This document shows positions 27,109-39,191 of a stretch of 64,000 bases of DNA, piece by piece. The stretch spans positions 128,359,413-128,423,412 of the forward strand of contig NC_068984.1 of assembly GCF_001194135.2 (NCBI RefSeq), read 5' to 3'. The DNA is from Octopus bimaculoides (Eukaryota). The position numbers were made by a program, and so were the translations under genes. Below the pieces are notes generated by a model, which did not search any database, had not been told where the DNA came from, and saw only the letters and a program-made list of their open reading frames with translations. Each line of letters starts with the position of its first letter. The first letter of the stretch is position 1.

Positions 27109-27256
27109 AGCAATGTTAAATCTCTGAACGAGGTATTAACAGTAACTGCACGATAAAGTGAAGTATATTTGCCACTTAAATGTGGCTGACCCCGAGGGGT
27201 GGATGTTACTGTTGCTTTTAGCCCCAAGAGGACATCTCCTCCAGCTGGCTATCGAC

Positions 27257-27290
<34 letters not shown>

Positions 27291-27950
27291 NNNNNNNNNN
27301 NNNNNNNNNNNNNNNNNNNNNNNNNNNNNNNNNNNNNNNNNNNNNNNNNNNNNNNNNNNNNNNNNNNNNNNNNNNNNNNNNNNNNNNNNNNNNNNNNNNN
27401 NNNNNNNNNNNNNNNNNNNNNNNNNNNNNNNNNNNNNNNNNNNNNNNNNNNNNNNNNNNNNNNNNNNNNNNNNNNNNNNNNNNNNNNNNNNNNNNNNNNN
27501 NNNNNNNNNNNNNNNNNNNNNNNNNNNNNNNNNNNNNNNNNNNNNNNNNNNNNNNNNNNNNNNNNNNNNNNNNNNNNNNNNNNNNNNNNNNNNNNNNNNN
27601 NNNNNNNNNNNNNNNNNNNNNNNNNNNNNNNNNNNNNNNNNNNNNNNNNNNNNNNNNNNNNNNNNNNNNNNNNNNNNNNNNNNNNNNNNNNNNNNNNNNN
27701 NNNNNNNNNNNNNNNNNNNNNNNNNNNNNNNNNNNNNNNNNNNNNNNNNNNNNNNNNNNNNNNNNNNNNNNNNNNNNNNNNNNNNNNNNNNNNNNNNNNN
27801 NNNNNNNNNNNNNNNNNNNNNNNNNNNNNNNNNNNNNNNNNNNNNNNNNNNNNNNNNNNNNNNNNNNNNAATTATTACCTTTGATGGTTTTTATTCCTAT
27901 GCTGGCCACTTGATAAGATCAATATTTTAAATAACGATCTTATCCTTATT

Positions 27951-27994
<44 letters not shown>

Positions 27995-28002
27995 TATATG
28001 TA

Positions 28003-28057
28003 TCAACCCATGCTAGCATGGAAAGCGGACGTTAAACGATGATGATGATGATGATGA
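28003..28057 (+). mobile_element. Extremely truncated RTE 3-prime tail
   Basis: CAACCCATGCTAGCATGGAAAGCGGACGTTAAACGATGATG..., matching the tails of the other copies, next to (TA)n. Confidence 0.7.
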
Positions 28058-30778
28058 TATGATACAAACAAGGTGATATTTTTTTTCTTCAAATGCAGTG
28101 TTGCCATTGCATCACCATTAATAATGGATAACATTACTCTCACAAGGTGGAAAAAATCATCAACAAACAGCCCCACCTTGTAAGGATAATATTACCCCTT
28201 AATTCTGCTGTTTTAAGGGCAACACTGCATTTGAAGAAAAAGAATATCACCTTCTTGTTTGTATCGTACAATACACATTCAACATTCCAAATAAAAACAA
28301 ATGTAGTGGTTGTTATATTCTTTTATTCGCTTCAGTCATTTGACTGCGGCCATGCTGGAGCACTGGCTTTACTCAAACAAATTGACCCCAGGACTTAGTC
28401 TTTGTAAGCCGAGTACTTATTCTCTCGGTCCCTTTTGCTGAACACCAACATTGGTTGTCAAACAATGGTGGAGAGACAAAACAGACACAAACACACACAC
28501 ATATATATGATGGGCTTCTTTCAGTCAAATCTACTCACAAGGTTGTGGTTGGCCCGAGGTTATAGCAGAAGACACTTGGACTGAACACGGAACCATGTGG
28601 TTGGTTAGCAAGCTACTTACCACACAGCCACTCCTGCACCTATATATATACACACACATATAATTTTAGGAAAACAGAAAAATTAAAGTTGAGATATTCA
28701 TAACTTTTCCAGAGGTAATGAGAAATAGAGATGAAGTAAAATGGTTGAACTGGGAGTTAAAACTGTTACAGATTCAGTTTTCTGAAAGCTTGTATTAACT
28801 CTACCTCATTCACTGTAACACGAGTAGACAAACAGTAAAAATAATAAATAAATGGACTATGTCCAACCAGCCTGTACCTCAAACCTTTCCCGACCGCACA
28901 CATTATAAGTACTAAAGCAGTTATATTATTACAGACTCAAACGTATAAACACAGTAAGACAGAAACCTTTCAAGTTGGAAAACACTTTAGATGCCAGGTG
29001 AACAATTTATGACAGCTGCCTTTTTCAATATAACGAATTTGTGCAAAGACACATTTAATCAATCCCAATTATCTACATACATCAACAACAGTCAAGCAAA
29101 TGTTTCTACCACCATACATTGCCAAATAGGAGGACTATATTCTTACACAAGGAACAAACCAAATAGTTATAACAGAAATGTAGCCTTATTATTTTAAGAT
29201 GAATCATAAGCACTTGAAGCACGAAAATGTTGGAACTACTCCAAGTACAATATTACTCAACTTCATTGAATTACATAATTCCACAATGTTACAATATCAA
29301 CAGGTTGGTGCACTTGGATATTCCACATACATATACTCTTTTCATAGAAATGTATACAACTATTTATCATCATCATCATCATCCTTATCATTTAATGTCC
29401 GTCTTCCATGCTGGCATGGGTTGAAAGGTTCAACTGTATCCAATGAGCTGAAGGACTACAACAGTATATTCTAAAAAACCACTTACCATTCATTGTTTTA
29501 TTACTAAGCGCATTAAATAGTTAAACTCATCCCATTTTAACACAAAATCTGCACTGGAAAGCATATTCCCCTGGTAAATAGTACCAAATAGACAAAGGAG
29601 CTCTCCTGTTCTATGTGCATACATCTTGTATTTTTGCAACATCTACTACCTGATTCTCTTGGATGCATTGAGTGTTATGTTGTAACTTGATAGAATGCAT
29701 AGTCTGGATAAATTAAATAATGTCCCTATCAGTGTAGCGGTTGATATTTCAACTTTTTTTACAGCATATAACTGTGTGTGTGTGGTGACACATATCCAGT
29801 CCACCAGGGATATTTAACAAGAAACTTGCCTTCAGATATGCATCATCCTGAATATATACCATGCAGTACAGCTGTTAGTTGGGTGACAGTTGTGACAAGG
29901 TAGATCTGTCTGACTAATAGGAAATATAATATAGAACAATGTCGAGAAATTCATACAAATCAATAAATTGACTTTCATCCTAAACTAATGCTTGTTCTCT
30001 GAAATACATAATATGCCATTTAGAGTTAGTTTTGGTAAAAAAAGCAAGGAAAAGATTTTAGATGACTTAAAATCCTTGAATGTCAATGGTTTTATGTTAA
30101 ATTCTGTCTAGCAGTAAATGCTCTTTATATCTCAAATTAAGTTTTAAAAATATATAATTTGTTGGATAACTGTGTTGAATACAATGTTATATGACAAAAT
30201 AAGGGATTAGTATACCACAGACTTTATTGAACAAATAACACTGCAACACAACATTTGGCTTAAATAATGGAGATAACTCATCTATCATGTGATACACTAA
30301 TTATCACAACATTCAAACTCATTCAAAGAAAAAGAAACAACAAAACAAAACAAAAAACAATGAACCATGAGATTGTAAAATTAGCAAAAACTTGCAGCAC
30401 CAAATAATTCCAATTTGGAAATGGAGTTTGTTTCTACAATGTAACATAAATCACAAATTAAGTCTTTCAAGGTTGGTTTAGTAGTTCTGCTTCAATGACA
30501 AAGCTTATCAAAAGAAGTGATAAGAATGGTAGAGTTCAGTGGAATAATTTTCACAATCTCTGCTACTCAAAGAGTCTACCTCTTTAGAAATAGCTTAAAG
30601 ATCCAGGAATCTGGAACTGAGTCAGCAATTGTCAAGTCTGATTCTGCATGCTTAATTATTTTACCATATGTTGGGCATAGTGACAATTCACAAAACAAAA
30701 TAGTGTCTACTACTCCAGTACTTTTTTTAAACATAAGTAAACTTACAATAATTCATCTTTCTCTACTAAAGGATCAGT

Positions 30779-31160
30779 GGAGGTGCAATGGCCCAGTGGT
30801 TAGGGCAGCAGACTTGCGGTCATAGGATTGCGGTTTCGATTCCCAGACCGGGCGTTGTGAGTGTTTATTGAGCGAAAACACCTAAAGCTCCACGAGGCTC
30901 CGGCAGGGGATGGTGGCGAACCCTGCTGTACTCTTTCACCACAACTTTCTCTCACTCTTACTTCCTGTTTCTGTTGTGCCTGTAATTCAAAGGGTCAGCC
31001 TTGTCACACTGTGTCACGCTGAATATCCCCGAGAACTATGTTAAGGGTACACATGTCTGTGGAGTGCTCAGCCACTTGCATGTTAATTTTACAAGCAGGC
31101 TGTTCCGTTGATCGGATCAACTGGAACCCTCGACGTCGTAAGCAACGGAGTGCCAACAAC
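30779..31160 (+). mobile_element. Young tRNA-derived SINE (~380 bp, (CAA)n tail)
   Basis: A box TGGCCCAGTGG and B box GGTTTCGATTCC. Highly similar copies at 11936-12320 (-), 51103-51487 (-) and 63686-64000 (-). Confidence 0.85.
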
Positions 31161-31760
31161 TAAAGGATCACTTTTGTGTATGTGTACATATCTTCTAATG
31201 CTAGGGCCAAGAAAAACTAGCCCAAAAAGTAGAAAAACATCAAGTAAAGATAGCTACTAAAAAGATAGAAATGATCATCAGTAGCTATTGTGAGCAGAGA
31301 ATGAATTAAATGAAGTACTTCTAAAAGAACATTCTCCTAACAAGATCCTAGAAGATTTTATGAGATAAAAGCTAACAACAATGAGCTCCTTGTTGTTTGA
31401 TTGTTTTTCCTGCATTGCTCATTTCTTCTAACTTGTCAAATTCTAAATTACAATGAAAAAAAGAACATCTTCCCAAAGAAATTCTGGAAGATTCTACTAC
31501 TTTAAAACTAATGATACTGATATCTATTCTGTGATTGTTTCTCTGACATTGCTTATGTTCTCTAGGGTTGTAAGGCGTGGCTCTGTTTTACCCAATTCTT
31601 TGTTGTTTTAGAAGATTCCTCACTTCAACAGGAATAGAGCTCCTCTATTGATATGGAAAGCACTAGGTGTTCCAATTAAAGAAGATAGCTCTTTGAGATA
31701 GCTAATAATGGTTCAACAGGTGATATCAAATCTTTACATTGTGCAAAAATTTTCACATAC

Positions 31761-31859
31761 CTGAGTGAAACAATTGATCATGCAGACATTGATTAAATTT
31801 CTAATCTGCTTCAGCAGGTCAGCACATTTGTGATAAAATATCAGTATATATACACTCTT
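31761..31859 (-). CDS. Candidate coding exon
   Basis: 99 nt, phase 0-0, CAG|GTATGT donor: KSVYILIFYHKCADLLKQIRNLINVCMINCFTQ. Confidence 0.3.
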
Positions 31860-33952
31860 CTACATTGATAAAAAAATTGTCAAAACTACATGAAAGAAGT
31901 TTGACCCTCCAGTGTAATATTTTATTCGTTTACTTTTTATCAATTGAGTTCTTTGTAAATAATGTAAAATGTCTCAGTAGGAGATAATATTACCATCTAC
32001 ATAAGAAGAACTCAACTTCTTGACAGCTTCTTTCTCAACAGCACAATACACAATAAAAGAATACAACAGAAGAATAAATTATAGATTATGTCCAACTAGG
32101 CTAGGCTTCCAACCTATTTATCACACCTCGTAAGTTCTAAAACTATCATGGGCAAACTGTGGCCCATGGGACTTTCTGAATGGCATACTTAACAATAAAT
32201 TACCTTGGCTATCTTAGTGGTGCAGTCCACTTGATGGAGAGCTGTGTCTCATGCAGCCTGCCTCTCAAAAAATGGTTGTCCATGTCTTTTCTAAAATAAT
32301 CCCATAATTACAGACCTAAACACATACACCCTGTAGAACAGAAGGTTTTAAAGTTGAAGAACAGGTCAGGTATAAGGTGCACAATTCATGACAGTTGTCT
32401 TTCAGTTTGACCAATCTGGTCAATAGCGCATTTAATCAATCCTTATTATCTACACATAATAACAGTCTGGTAGTGTTCCTGTTTCCACACATTTCCACCT
32501 TTCACTTTTTGAGAGGGCACAGCAGAAAAAGTCACTAGCATGCCCTCTTTGTGTTGCAGCTTGAACAGTGTTTGGTCTTGATTGTAAATGGAATGGAATT
32601 GTTACTAGCATGGAGACGAGCACTTTTCATATTAATTTCTACTTTTTCCTAAAGTAGAAATAGCTTCTTGAAGAATGGGAAAAGTGGTACATAACATAAA
32701 AGGTCTTCCTTTATAAGAAGAATGTATCATCCATTTGCAATAATAAACTAGCAACCCAGTGTTTTATTTTCTAAAGTTCCTTTTTAGAAGTAGGCACTTT
32801 AAGGTATTTAAGAAAAAGTAACCTATAAGAATCAATTGATATTTTTTAGTCTTTAATGTAACAACCAAGGAATCTGACATTTCATTTATCAGAAATACAC
32901 TTTTTTTATTGGAAAAGGTCAAGATATTTTACACAAGACAGAAATGATCTTCAGTAGAGTTATCACATACAATAATAGTTTGAAATTTTCGCACAGGGGG
33001 AGCAGTTTTGGGAGGGAGAAGAAAGTTAGTCACACTCACCCCCAGTACTTGACTGGTACTTATTTTATCAACCACAAAAGGACGAAATGAAAGTTGACCC
33101 AAGAATGTAAAAAAAAAGGACAACGGCTGCTAAGCATTTCGATAACATATGCTATTATTTCTGGAATATTGGTTTCAAATTTTGGCACAAGGCCAGCAAT
33201 TTTAGGGATGGAAGGCAAGATAATTACATTGACCCTCAACCCAGTGTTCAACTAGTACTTATTTTACTAACCTTGAAAAGATGAAAGGTAAAGTTGACCT
33301 CAGAAGAATTTGAATTTGGAACATAAAGATGGACGAAATGCCACTAAGCATTTTGCCTGGCATGCTAACGATTCTGCAAGCTCGCTGCCTTCTTATGTCT
33401 GGAATACTAGCAACACATACAAGGCTTAGACTACGTGAAAATAGAACACAACATTTGGAAAAGCAGTATCACAAGTCATAACATTGGACTTAGTTCAACA
33501 GTATGATAACATTTATAACGAGGATAACTTCTTAAATTCTACTACTTACAAAACAGGACACCAAACAGAAACTTTCAGCAGCTGATTCTCGAAAGTGATT
33601 TTGTGTGTATGTGGGGAGTGTAGACACAAGCAGAAAAAACACCCAGCAAGAAATGCCATGTGTCACAAGTGTGAGACAAAAGCTAATTTTTCTTGTGCAA
33701 GTCATGTACAAAAAGGCAATATATAGGACTCCTTTTCTTTGCGATAATGTTACAGTTTGAGCAATCTTTTTGATCCTAATTATAAATAGAATGTAGTTGT
33801 CAGTAGAATGGAGTCAAGCATTTTCTACAATGACCAATACTTGAAAGTAGTAACAACTTCTTGATAATTGGGAAAAGTGCTGTCATTAAAAACCTTTGGT
33901 ATACAGACCCCTTATCATAACTACTTACATGTAACTTGAGAGTGAAACTCAC

Positions 33953-33973
33953 TTGTCAAGTGATGCATCATTG
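33953..33973 (-). CDS. Candidate 21-nt microexon
   Basis: TTCTTTCTTCCTTTAG acceptor and CAA|GTGAGT donor. Length is a multiple of 3. Confidence 0.4.
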
Positions 33974-36602
33974 CTAAAGGAAGAAAGAATCACAAAACAA
34001 AATGCTGAATTTCTGTATTTAACCACTGAATGACTTAAGTTGAGAGAAAAAGAAGAAAAAAAAAACAGAAAAGAAGACAGACAGAAATGAAAACTATTCG
34101 AAAGGGGGTTAAATCTGATAGTCAGATGTAACTTCACAACATAACATAAAGAATACTAACTGTATGTTGAAGAGTGCAAATGCTCTAATACAACACTACT
34201 GAGTATTTGAAAGTATCATCTGAGGTAACTGGGTAGACACTGCTCAACATTAGAGGAAATAAAATTGCATGTGGATCAATAATATGCTCCGATTACTGGA
34301 ACATTCATGTGATAAAATAGATATATTGCTGCATGTCTGTCCTGTATTGGCCACATCAGCCACCAGCAAGCTGATTTGAACAGTCTCCTTCTTAAGTTTT
34401 CATTTTAGCAGACAAGCCACGATGAGAATTACTATGGGAATTTGGTCATTGTATTGTGAACCACAATAAGAATTCCATCAGTTCTGCTAACTGCCAGGAA
34501 CATACACAAATTACCAAGTCGTTTTAGTTTTATGGTATGGCATAAAAGTGAAGTAAATGAATGGTGCATCTGAAGAACTTTTCAATAGTTACTTGCAAGA
34601 ATTTTTATGGAGATAATACAAGGATAAATATGAACATAGTGAAAAATAAAAATTGCTATTCATAAACAATATGTTCTATTACAGCTGTTCCATAATATCA
34701 CGAAATTTGATCATTGCCCCCNNNNNNNNNNNNNNNNNNNNNNNNNNNNNNNNNNNNNNNNNNNNNNNNNNNNNNNNNNNNNNNNNNNNNNNNNNNNNNN
34801 NNNNNNNNNNNNNNNNNNNNNNNNNNNNNNNNNNNNNNNNNNNNNNNNNNNNNNNNNNNNNNNNNNNNNNNNNNNNNNNNNNNNNNNNNNNNNNNNNNNN
34901 NNNNNNNNNNNNNNNNNNNNNNNNNNNNNNNNNNNNNNNNNNNNNNNNNNNNAATTCCTTCAACTGTTTAAGATATTCATTGCTGAAATCATTATTATTA
35001 TCTTTCGAAACTGAAGAATAAAACTAAAGTTTCCGAAACTAGAAGGAAAGCACCAGTTTGAATTAAATTAAAGTCTTATTTATTCTTGTGTTTGAAAAAG
35101 TGACAATAATGTTAATTGAAATGCTTCTCTGTTTGCTAGAAATAGCTGCCAAATCTTCCTATCATAATACCCTCTCATTTACAGCAACAATTCTAGACAC
35201 TCCGATGCATCAGAATTGCACCTAAAATATCCCCTATGACAAACAAACTGGCTGCAGTACAGCTTAAAAAACAGAAATCTTCCATAACCGTCAAACTGAT
35301 GCTAACTAAAAGTTTGAGAAAGTGAAAGTGGCACGCTATACTTCAAGATTATCAATGCCAGTGTTCATTATCCCTACAATTAATATATAAATACGTTTAG
35401 AAAAACACTAAATTGAGATTTATCACTGTTTTTTAATACTTTTAAAATTCGCACACATAAAAAATTAACCGTGCCCTTTATGTAATTTATAAAGTATTAG
35501 GTTGAGATTCCTTATTGTAGTTTTTATTTTGTTTAAAAAAAAACAAATAACGTTTTTTTATTTTAATTTTAAGACTCTGAATAGCCGATGCTCAAAATAT
35601 TAGTATACTAAGACCATTTGAAAAAAGAAAAAGAAAAAAGCGTAATAAACAAGTGGGAGGAGATTTATAAAATCCATGCTTCCGAGATTAAATGTCAAAA
35701 CAAAACGTAACCTAAAGAGGATATATTTTCGAAATAAATTTATCTGCTTGAAAACTATCTCTCACGTAATACGGACAGCAAAGAAAGTCTTATTGTCATG
35801 AAACAAATAACGGAAAATAGAATTTGAGATACTGAATTATCAATATCATCACAATAATATATAAAAACAAATTTCAAACTTTTAATTATTCCCAAAATTT
35901 CATTTTCTACGAGGTTTATTTTAATGTTTGTCTCGATTCGTGTTGCGGCAGGTTAGGTATGTTTGAGTTTTAAGCAAGATTTATGTATGTTTTAAATAAC
36001 AATTAAACAAATAATATTTTCTTATAATCATTACTAGTTAAGGAATCATTTAACAAGATGTCTTCATTGAATATTTTAGTAAAATACTGTCTTAAAAGAC
36101 AGACAACATACAAACGTTGCAATTACGTATAATCTACAGAAAGTATAGAGAGAATGTTTTGATCTTAGCAGAAACATTGAAACAACGAAGGAATATATTT
36201 ATGGGTGTATTTATTAAAAAAAACTATATTTAGATAACAGAGTCTGTCATTTTTATATTAGAAAATTAAGTGAAGTGTCCCGAGTGAGATAGTCTACGAT
36301 CGAATAAGAATAAAGATATAATTGAATTGGAGATGCTTAGTGGAAATGAAGTGAAATAGAGGAATTAACTGACAAAACCTGGGTTACTGCATTATATTAA
36401 GAAGTAGGGTGATTTGCCGACAGTAAACAGCAAGCAAGGCTTATAATATTAAGGTTATTAACACGACACGACGATAGAAGTGTAGAGAAACATATGTGTT
36501 AGTAGCAGAGAATGCGTTATTATAGTGAGCAAAAATAATTCCATGGTATTGCTGAAATACTAACAAAAGACAAGTAAAGTAACAGAAAAGTCTAATACTT
36601 AC

Positions 36603-36690
36603 TAACAAGAGGAATTATTTGAAGTTTAGTCATTTGTTCATCAAGTCGCTTGGTAGTTTTATTACAACATCGTTTGGTCCCATCATTAAA
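36603..36690 (-). CDS. Candidate first or early exon of the 1-36 kb minus-strand gene
   Basis: GTAAGT donor at 36602. Open frame FNDGTKRCCNKTTKRLDEQMTKLQIIPLV. Lies in a relatively CpG-rich zone (~35.3-36.7 kb). Confidence 0.3.
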
Positions 36691-37080
36691 CTGCGAGAGG
36701 TTACATCACCAGGGGAGATAACTTATAGGGTTGCCAATTTAGCATATTTTATGCTAGATCTAGCATTTTTTTTTTCAGCATTTAGCAGAAAATTTTTGAA
36801 TCTAGCATTTAGCTGGGAAAATAGTAGGTTTAAAATTCTATTTAGCCTGAGACTATAGCAAAAGCTACTCACCCAAGGTGCCATACAGTGGGACTGAACC
36901 TGGAACCATGTGGTTGGGAAGCAAACTTCTTACCACATATACATGTGTGTGTGTGTCAATGTTAAAGATGTGAAATTGTAATGATCTTTTGGACATTGAC
37001 TGATGAGGAATAAACACCAAATTTTCTGTTTGTTATGTTTTTGTAATATTTCTGTTTGTTGGGTTTTTGTTGAATTTTTG

Positions 37081-37120
<40 letters not shown>

Positions 37121-37122
<2 letters not shown>

Positions 37123-37725
37123 CGTGAAAAAGTGCCACACCCTAACAGTTGAGTGCGTGAAAAAGTGCCACACCCTAACAGTTGAGGGAACCCGTGGAAG
37201 AGGTAGGCCCAGGAAGACCTGGGCTGAGGTGGTGAGGCAAGACCTTCATACATTGGGCCTCACCGAGTCGATGACTACTGACCNNNNNNNNNNNNNNNNN
37301 NNNNNNNNNNNNNNNNNNNNNNNNNNNNNNNNNNNNNNNNNNNNNNNNNNNNNNNNNNNNNNNNNNNNNNNNNNNNNNNNNNNNNNNNNNNNNNNNNNNN
37401 NNNNNNNNNNNNNNNNNNNNNNNNNNNNNNNNNNNNNNNNNNNNNNNNNNNNNNNNNNNNNNNNNNNNNNNNNNNNNNNNNNNNNNNNNNNNNNNNNNNN
37501 NNNNNNNNNNNNNNNNNNNNNNNNNNNNNNNNNNNNNNNNNNNNNNNCGGGTGACACGTAAAAGCACCCACTACACTCTCTGAGTGGTTGGCGTTAGGAA
37601 GGGCATCCAGCTGTAGAAACTCTGCCAAATTAGATTGGAGCCTGGTGTTGCCATCCGGTTTCACCAGTCCTCAGTCAAATCGTCCAACCCATGCTAGCAT
37701 GGAAAGTGGACGTTAAAACGATGAT
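37121..37725 (+). mobile_element. Young 5-prime-truncated RTE copy inside a (TA)n tract
   Basis: Nearly identical to 2463-3086. A 33-bp tandem duplication sits at the 5-prime junction. Confidence 0.8.
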
Positions 37726-37980
37726 ATATATATATATATATATATGTATAAATGATACAAAATGGGACAAGGACGCAAAACATCCAGACAGTTAGGTGAA
37801 ACAAGAAAGGGACAAAACATACAGATAGACGATAAAAAGAAAACACAGACAGGTCATTCGGAGTTTTCTCTCTTCAGTCGAGATCTAGGTTATCCTTGCA
37901 ATTTCGGCTGGTTATTCTCGATATTGCTCCAGAATAGTCTACGCAAATTTCAGGAAGCTCCTACCTCTACTGACAACTAA

Positions 37981-38900
37981 GGGCCTCTTGCTCAGGGTGA
38001 AAAGTAGACTGTATGATGCATGCGTGTGAACTGCCATGCTATATGGCAGTGAAACATGGGCCATGAATGCTGAGGATATGTGTAGGCTTGAAAGAAATTA
38101 AGCTAGTATGATCCGCTGGATGTGTAATATCAGTGTGCATACACAACAGAGTGTAAGTGCCCTGAGAGAAAAGTTGGACATAAGAAGCATCAAATGTGGT
38201 GTGCAAGAGAGATGACTGCACTGGTATGGTCATGTGTTATGTATGTATGAAGACAGCTGTGTGAGGAAGTGTCACTCCCTAACTCCTGAAGGAACCTGTG
38301 GAAGAGGTAGACCCAGAAGACACGGTATGTGATGGTGAAGCATGACCTTCGAACATTGGGCCTCACAGGGGCAATGATGAGAAACCGGGACCTTTGGAGA
38401 TATCCTGTGATTGAGAAGACCTGGCAACTAAAGTGAGATCACAACCACGTATGTCCGGCCCTGTTAAGAATACCCCTGATGTGTCGGGTGATATGATATG
38501 CTTGAGAAGATCTGTTGAGCCAAGTAAAACCAATATTGTAGCTGTGGCTAGTGCCCCCTGACTAGTTCCCATGCTGGTGGCATGTAAAAAACACCAACTG
38601 ATCATGGCCGATGCCAGTACCTCCTGACTGGCTCTTGTGCCGGTGGTATGTAAAAAGCACCATCCAGACGTGGTCAATACCAGGCCCACCTGACTGGCTC
38701 CCATGCCGGTGGCACGTAAGAACACCCACTACATTCTCAGAGTGGTTGGCGTTACGAAAAGCATCTAGCTGTAGAAACATTGCCAGATTAGATTGGAGTC
38801 TGACGCAGCCCTAGCTCTCCAGACCTCAGTCAAACCGTCACACCCATGCCAGCATGTAAAACGGACGTTAAACAATGATGATGATGATGATGATGATGAT
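37981..38900 (+). mobile_element. Older RTE LINE 3-prime fragment
   Basis: RLYDACV*TAMLYGSETWAM...LHWYGHV...GRGRPR with in-frame stops, followed by a (GAT)n tail and (TA)n. Confidence 0.8.
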
Positions 38901-38904
38901 ATTC

Positions 38905-38958
<54 letters not shown>

Positions 38959-39160
38959 NNNNNNNNNNNNNNNNNNNNNNNNNNNNNNNNNNNNNNNNNN
39001 NNNNNNNNNNNNNNNNNNNNNNNNNNNNNNNNNNNNNNNNNNNNNNNNNNNNNNNNNNNNNNNNNNNNNNNNNNNNNNNNNNNNNNNNNNNNNNNNNNNN
39101 NNNNNNNNNNNNNNNNNNNNNNNNNNNNNNNNNNNNNNNNNNNNNNNNNNNNNNNNNNNN

Positions 39161-39191
<31 letters not shown>

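Noticed and set aside
29483-29640. Strong GTAAGT donor on the minus strand
   Set aside because: All long upstream frames hit a stop before the donor, so no consistent coding exon results.
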